Assembly: GCA_964016885.1 (NCBI GenBank)
Contig: OZ024743.1
Coordinates: 361,708,001 to 361,772,000, forward strand
From: Eledone cirrhosa
Taxonomy: Eukaryota
DNA: 64,000 bases
Reading direction: 5' to 3'
Shown: positions 55,501 to 64,000 of the stretch, piece after piece
Numbering within the stretch: the first letter of the stretch is position 1
Layout of the letters: each line of letters starts with the position of its first letter
Notes under the pieces: generated by a model
Seen by the model: the letters and a program-made list of their open reading frames with translations, nothing else
The model's database searches: none
What the model was told of the DNA's origin: nothing
Made by a program: the position numbers and the translations under genes

Positions 55501-58500
55501 ACAGCACACAGTGGAAACAATTGTTATAACTAGTACAGCTGACAGTGGAAACAATTGTTATAACTAGTACAGCACACAGTGGAAACAATTGTTATAACTA
55601 GTACAGCACACAGTGGAAACAATTGTTATAACTAGTACAGCTCACAGTGGAAACAATTGTTATAACTAGTACAGCACACAGTGGAAACAATTGTTATAAC
55701 TAGTACAGCACACAGTGGAAACAATTGTTATAACTAGTACAGCTGACAGTGGAAGCAATTGTTATAACTAGTACAGCTGACAGTGGAAACAATAGTTATA
55801 ACTAGTACAGCACACAGTGGAAACAATTGTTATAACTAGTACAGCACACAGTGGAAACAATTGTTATAACTAGTACAGCAAACAGTGGAAACAATTGTTA
55901 TAACTAGTAAAGCACACAATGGAAACAATTGTTATAACTAGTACAGCTCACAGTGCAAACAGTTGTTATAACTAGTACAGCACACAGTGGAAACAATTGT
56001 TCTAACTAGTACCGCTCACAGTGCAAACAATTGTTATAACTAGTGCAGCTCACGGTGGAAAAATTTTGTTATAACTAGTACAGCTCACAGTGGAAACAAT
56101 TGTTATAACTAGTACAGCACACAGTGGAAATAATTGTTATAACTAGTACAGCACACAGTGCAAACAATTGTTATAACTAGTACAGCTCACAGTGCAAACA
56201 ATTGTTATAACTAGTACAGCTCACAGTGGAAAAATTGTTATAACTAGTACAGCTGACAGTGGAAACAATTGTTATAACTAGTACAGCTGACAGTGGAAAC
56301 AATTGTTATAACTAGTACAGCACACGGTGGAAACAATTGTTATAACTACTACAGCTGACAGTGGAAACAATTGTTTTAACTAGTACAGCACACAGTGGAA
56401 ACAATTGTTATAACTAGTACAGCTCACAGTGGAAACAATTGTTATAACTAGTACAGCTCACAGTGGAAACAATTGTTATAACTAGTACAGCACACAGTGG
56501 AAACAATTGTTATAACTAGTACAGCTCACAGTGCAAACAATTGTTATAACTAGTACAGCACACAGTGGAAACAATTGTTATAACTAGTACAGCACACAGT
56601 GGAAACAATTGTTATAACTAGTACAGCACACAGTGCAAACAATTGTTATAATTAGTACAGCTCACAGTGCAAACAATTGTTATAACTAGTACAGTACACA
56701 GTGGAAACAATTGTTATAACTAGTACAGCACACAGTGCAAACAATTTTTATAACTAGTACAGCACACAGTGCAAACAATTGTTATAACTAGCACAGTACA
56801 CAGTGGAAACAATTGATTTAACTAGTACAGCTCACAGTGCAAACAATTGTTATAACTAGCACAGCACACAGTGGAAACAATTGTTATAACTAGTACAGCA
56901 CACAGTGGAAACAATTGTTATAACTAGTACAGCACACAGTGGAAACAATTGTTATAACTAGTACAGCACACAGTGGAAACAATTGTTATAACTAGTACAG
57001 CTGACAGTGGAAACAATTGTTATAACTAGTACAGCTGACAGTGGAAACAATTGATATAACTAGTACAGCAAACAGTGGAAACAATTGTTATAACTAGCAC
57101 ATCACACAGGGGAAACAATTGTTATAACTAGTACAGCAGACAGTGGAAACAATTGTTATAACTAGTACAGCACACAGTGGAAACAATTGTTATAACTAGT
57201 ACAGCAGACAGTGGAAACAATTGTTATAACTAGTACAGCACACAGTGGAAACAATTGTTATAACTAGTACAGCACACAGTGGAAACAATTGTTATAACTA
57301 GTACAGCACACAGTGGAAACAATTGTTATAACTAGTACAGCTCACAGTGGAAACAATTGTTATAACTAGTACAGCTCACAGTGGAAACAATTGTTATAAC
57401 TAGTACAGCTGACAGTGGAAACAATTGTTATAACTAGTAGAGCTCACAGTGGAAACAATTGTTATAACTAGTACATCACACAGTGGAAACAATTGTTATA
57501 ACTAGAACAGCTCACAGTGGAAACAATTGTTATAACTAGTACAGCTGACAGTGGAAGCAATTGTTATAAATAGTACAGCACACAGTGGAAACAATTGTTA
57601 TAACTAGTACAGCACACAGGGGAAACAATTGTTATAACTAGTACAGCACACAGTGGAAACACTTGTTATATCTAGTACAGCACACAGTGGAAACAATTGT
57701 TATAACTAGTACAGCACACAGTGCAAACAATTGTTATAACTAGTACAGCACACAGTGGAAACAATTGTTATAACTAGTACAGCTGACAGTGGAAACAATT
57801 GTTATAACTAGTACAGCACACAGTGGAAACATTTGTTATAACTAGTACAGCTCATAGTGGAAACAATTGATATAACTAGTACAGCACACAGTGGAAACAA
57901 TTGTTATAACTAGTACAGCTCACAGTGGAAACAATTGTTATAACTAGTACAGCACACAGTGGAAACAATTGTTATAACTAGTACAGCACACAGTGGAAAC
58001 AATTGTTATAACTAGTACAGCACACAGTGGAAAGAATTGTTATAACTAGTACAGCTGACAGTGGAAGCAATTGTTATAACTAGTACAGCTGACAGTGGAA
58101 ACAATAGTTATAACTAGTACAGCACACAGTGGAAACAATTGTTATAACTAGTACAGCACACAGTGGAAATAATTGTTATAACTAGTACAGCAAACAGTGG
58201 AAACAATTGTTATAACTAGTAAAGCACACAATGGAAACAATTGTTATAACTAGTACAGCTGACAGTGGAAACAATTGTTATAACTAGTACAGCACACGGT
58301 GGAAACAATTGTTATAACTACTACAGCTGACAGTGGAAACAATTGTTTTAACTAGTACAGCACACAGTGGAAACAATTGTTATAACTAGTACAGCTCACA
58401 GTGGAAACAATTGTTATAACTAGTACAGCTCACAGTGGAAACAATTGTTATAACTAGTACAGCACACAGTGGAAACAATTGTTATAACTAGTACAGCTCA

Positions 58501-61500
58501 CAGTGCAAACAGTTGTTATAACTAGTACAGCACACAGTGGAAACAATTGTTCTAACTAGTACAGCTCACAGTGCAAACAATTGTTAAAACTAGTACAGCT
58601 CACGGTGGAAACAATTGTTATAGCTAGTACAGCTCACAGTGGAAACAATTGTTATAACTAGTACAGCACACAGTGGAAATAATTGTTATAACTAGTACAG
58701 CACACAGTGCAAACAATTGTTATAACTAGTACAGCTCACAGTGCAAACAATTGTTATAACTAGTACAGCTCACAGTGGAAAAATTGTTATAACTAGTACA
58801 GCTGACAGTGGAAACAATTGTTATAACTAGTACAGCTGACAGTGAAAACAATTGTTATAACTAGTACAGCACACGGTGGAAACAATTGTTATAACTACTA
58901 CAGCTGACAGTGGAAACAATTGTTTTAACTAGTACAGCACACAGTGGAAACAATTGTTATAACTAGTACAGCTCACAGTGGAAACAATTGTTATAGCTAG
59001 TACAGCTCACAGTGGAAACAATTGTTATAACTAGTACAGCACACAGTGGAAACAATTGTTATAACTAGTACAGCTCACAGTGCAAACAATTGTTATAACT
59101 AGTACAGCACACAGTGGAAACAATTGTTATAACTAGTACAGCTCACAGTGCAAACAATTGTTATAACTAGTACAGCACACAGTGGAAACAATTGTTATAA
59201 CTAGTACAGCACACAGTGGAAACAATTGTTATAACTAGTACAGCTCACAGTGCAAACAATTGTTATAACTAGTACAGCACACAGTGGAAACAATTGTTAT
59301 AACTAGTACAGCACACAGTGGAAACAATTGTTATAACTAGCACAGCACACAGTGGAAACAATTGTTATAACTAGTACAGCACACAGTGGAAACAATTGTT
59401 ATAACTAGTACAGCTGACAGTGGAAACAATTGATATAACTAGTACAGCAAACAGTGGAAACAATTGTTATAACTAGCACATCACACAGGGGAAACAATTG
59501 TTATAACTAGTACAGCACACAGTGGAAACAATTGTTATAACTAGTACAGCACACAGTGGAAACAATTGTTATAACTAGTACAGCACACAGTGGAAACAAT
59601 TGTTATAACTAGTACAGCACACGGTGGAAACAATTGTTATAACTAGTACAGCTCACAGTGGAAACAATTGTTATAACTAGTACAGCTGACAGTGGAAACA
59701 ATTGTTATAACTAGTACAGCACACAGGGGAAACAATTGTTATAACTAGTACAGCACACAGTGGAAACAATTGTTATAACTAGTACAGCACACAGTGGAAA
59801 CAATTGTTATAACTAGTACAGCTCACAGTGGAAACAATTGTTATAACTAGTACAGCACACAGTGGAAACAATTGTTATAACTAGTACAGCACACAGTGGA
59901 AACAATTGTTATAACTAGTACAGCACACAGTGGAAACAATTGTTATAACTAGTACAGCTCACAGTGCAAACAGTTGTTATAACTAGTACAGCACACAGTG
60001 GAAACAATTGTTATAACTAGTACAGCACACAGTGGAAACATTTGTTATAACTAGTACAGCTCATAGTGGAAACAATTGATATAACTAGTACAGCACACAG
60101 TGGAAACAATTGTTATAACTAGTACAGCTCACAGTGGAAACAATTGTTATAACTAGTACAGCACACAGTGGAAACAATTGTTATAACTAGTACAGCACAC
60201 AGTGGAAACAATTGTTATAACTAGTACAGCACACAGTGGAAACAATTGTTATAACTAGTACAGCTCACAGTGCAAACAGTTGTTATAACTAGTACAGCAC
60301 ACAGTGGAAACAATTGTTCTAACTAGTACAGCACACAGTGGAAACATTTGTTATAACTAGTACAGCTCATAGTGGAAACAATTGATATAACTAGTACAGC
60401 ACACAGTGGAAACAATTGTTATAACTAGTACAGCTCACAGTGCAAACAATTGTTATAACTAGTACAGCACACAGTGCAAACAATTGTTATAACTAGTACA
60501 GCTCACAGTGCAAACAATTGTTATAGCTAGTACAGCTCACAGTGGAAAAATTGTTATAACTAGTACAGCTGACAGTGGAAATAATTGTTATAACTAGTAC
60601 AGCTGACAGTGGAAACAATTGTTATAACTAGTACAGCTGACAGTGGAAATAATTGTTATAACTAGTACAGCTGACAGTGGAAACAATTGTTATAACTAGT
60701 ACAGCACACGGTGGAAACAATTGTTATAACTAGTACAGCTGACAGTGGAAATAATTGTTATAACTAGTACAGCTGACAGTGGAAACAATTGTTATAACTA
60801 GTACAGCACACGGTGGAAACAATTGTTATAACTACTACAGCTGACAGTGGAAACAATTGTTTTAACTAGTACAGCACACAGTGGAAACAATTGTTATAAC
60901 TAGTACAGCTCACAGTGGAAATAATTGTTATAACTAGTACAGCTGACAGTGGAAACAATTGTTATAACTAGTACAGCACACAGTGGAAACAATTGTTATA
61001 ACTAGTACAGCTGACAGTGGAAATAATTGTTATAACTAGTACAGCTGACAGTGGAAACAATTGTTATAACTAGTACAGCACACGGTGGAAACAATTGTTA
61101 TAACTACTACAGCTGACAGTGGAAACAATTGTTTTAACTAGTACAGCACACAGTGGAAACAATTGTTATAACTAGTACAGCTCACAGTGGAAACAATTGG
61201 TATAACTAGTACAGCTCACAGTGGAAACAATTGTTATAACTAGTACAGCACACAGTGGAAACAATTGTTATAACTAGTACAGCTCACAGTGCAAACAATT
61301 GTTATAACTAGTACAGCACACAGTGGAAACAATTGTTATAACTAGTACAGCTCACAGTGCAAATAATTGTTATAACTAGTACAGCACACAGTGGAAACAA
61401 TTGTTATAACTAGTACAGCACACAGTGCAAACAATTGTTATAATTAGTACAGCACACAGTGGAAACAATTGTTATAACTAGTACAGCACACAGTGCAAAC

Positions 61501-64000
61501 AATTTTTATAACTAGTACAGCACACAGTGCAGACAATTGTTATAACTAGCACAGCACACAGTGGAAATAATTGTTTTAACTAGTACAGCTCACAGTGGAA
61601 ACAATTGTTATAACTAGTACAGCTCAGAGTGGAAACAATTATGAGTAGTACAGCTCACAGTGGAAACAATTGTTATAACTAGTACAGCACACAGTGGAAA
61701 CAATTGTTATAACTAGTACAGCTCACAGTGCAAACAATTATAATAACTAGTACAGCTCACAGTGGAAACAATTGTTATGACTAGTACAGCTGACAGTGGA
61801 AACAATTGATATAACTAGTACAGCAAACAGTGGAAACAATTGTTATAATTAGCACATCACACAGGGGAAACAATTGTTATAACTAGTACAGCACACAGTG
61901 GAAACAATTGTTATAACTAGTACAGCACACAGTGGAAACAATTGTTATAACTAGTACAGCACACAGTGGAAACAATTGTTATAACTAGTACAGCACACAG
62001 TGTAAACAATTGTTATAACTAGTACAGCTCACAGTGGAAACAATTGTTATAACTAGTACAGCTGACAGTGGAAACAATTGTTATAACTAGTACAGCTGAC
62101 AGTGGAAACAATTGTTATAACTAGTAGAGCTCACAGTGGAAACAATTGTTATAACTAGTACAGCTGACAGAGGAAACAATTGTTATAACTAGTACAGATG
62201 ACAGTGGAAACAATTGTTATAACTAGTACAGCTGACAGTGGAAACAATTGTTATAACTAGTACAGCACACAGTGGAAACAATTGTTATAACTAGTACAGC
62301 TGACAGTGGAAACAATTGTTATGACTAGTACAGCACACAGTGGAAACAATTGTTATAACTAGTACAGCACACAGTGCAAACAATTGTTATAACTAGTACA
62401 GCTCACAGTGCAAATAATTGTTATAACTAGTACAGCTCACAGTGGAAACAATTGTTATAACTAGTACAGCTGACAGTGGAAACAATTGTTATAACTAGTA
62501 CAGCTGACAGTGGAAACAATTGTTATAACTAGTACAGCTGACAGTGGAAACAATTGTTATAACTAGTACAGCTGACAGTGGAAACAATTGTTATAACTGG
62601 TACAGCTGACAGTGGAAACAATTGTTATAACTACTACAGCACACAGTGGAAACAATTGTTATAACTAGTACAGCTCACAGTGCAAACAATTGTTATAACT
62701 AGTACAGCACACAGTCGAAACAATTGTTATAACTAGTACAGCACACAGGGGAAACAATTATTATAACTAGTACAGGACACAGTGGAAACAATAGTTATAA
62801 CTTGTACAGCACACAGTGGAAACAATTGTTATAACTAGTACAGCACACAGTGCAAACAATTTTTATAACTAGTACAGCACACAGTGCAAACAATTGTTAT
62901 AACTAGCACAGCACACAGTGGAAACAATTGTTTTAACTAGTACAGCAAACAGTGGAAACAATTGTTATAACTAGCACATCACACAGGGGAAACAATTGTT
63001 ATAATTAGTACAGCACACAGTGGAAACAATTGTTATAACTAGTACAGCACACAGTGGAAACAATTGTTATAAATAGTACAGCACACAGTGGAAACAATTG
63101 TTATAACTAGTACAGCACACAGTGGAAACAATTGTTATAACTAGTACAGCTCACAGTGGAAACAATTGTTATAACTAGTACAGCAGACAGTGGAAACAAT
63201 TGTTATAACTAGTACAGCTGACAGTGGAAAGGATTGTTATAACTAGTACAGATGACAGTGGAAACAATTGTTATAACTAGTACAGCTGACAGTGGAAACA
63301 ATTGTTATAACTGGTACAGCTGACAGTGGAAACAATTGTTATAACTAGTACAGCACACAGTGGAAACAATTGTTATAACTAGTACAGCACACAGTGCAAA
63401 CAATTGTTATAACTAGTACAGCTCACAGAGCAAATAATTGTTATAACTAGTACAGCTCACAGTGGAAACAATTGTTATAACTAGTACAGCTGACAGTGGA
63501 AACAATTGTTATAACTAGTACAGCACACAGTGGAAATAATTGTTATAACTAGTACAGCACACAGTGCAAACAATTGTTATAACTAGTACAGCTCACAGTG
63601 CAAACAATTGTTATAACTAGTACAGATCACAGTGGAAACAATTGTTATAACTAGTACAGCTGACAGTGGAAACAATTGTTATACCTAGTACAGCTGACAG
63701 TGGAAACAATTGTTATAACTAGTACAGCTGACAGTGGAAACAATTGTTATAACTGGTACAGCTGACAGTGGAAACAATTGTTATAACTAGTACAGCACAC
63801 AGTGGAAACAATTGTTATAACTAGTACAGCTGACAGTGGAAACAATTGTTTTAACTAGTACAGCACACAGTGGAAACAATTGTTATAACTAGTACAGCAG
63901 ACAGTGCAAACAATTGTTATAACTAGTACAGCTCACAGTGCAAACAATTGTTGTAACTAGTACATCTCACAGTGGAAACAATTGTTATAACTAGTACAGC
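46577..64000. repeat. 34-bp satellite DNA array (~510 units, runs off window)
   Basis: Consensus GTGGAAACAATTGTTATAACTAGTACAGC(ACA/TCA/TGA)CA, uninterrupted for 17.4 kb. Confidence 0.99.

Noticed and set aside
46577-64000. CRISPR array
   Set aside because: Repeats are contiguous with no unique spacers, no cas genes, eukaryotic context

Overview
AT-rich, microsatellite-dense eukaryotic DNA with no intact host protein gene recognisable. The SINE and microsatellite content resembles octopus/cephalopod genomes (inference). Bases ~1-46.5 kb are a nested mobile-element graveyard: a 5.0-kb Helitron with decayed Rep/Pif1 helicase (19161-24200), short non-autonomous Helitrons, a decayed Penelope-like element (RT C-terminus + GIY-YIG), RTE LINE fragments and tRNA-derived SINEs. 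Bases 46577-64000 are a 34-bp satellite array of about 510 units. The most striking unexplained signal is a dense set of about 20 type I hammerhead-ribozyme (HHR) folds from ~10 unrelated short repeat families. They sit in tandem (449-559 bp period) or fold-back arrangements, almost always between (TA)n tracts, include non-canonical catalytic cores, and several share a covarying UU-bulged 3' hairpin. This looks like a Penelope-dependent retrozyme-like system. All folds were read by eye; activity is untested.
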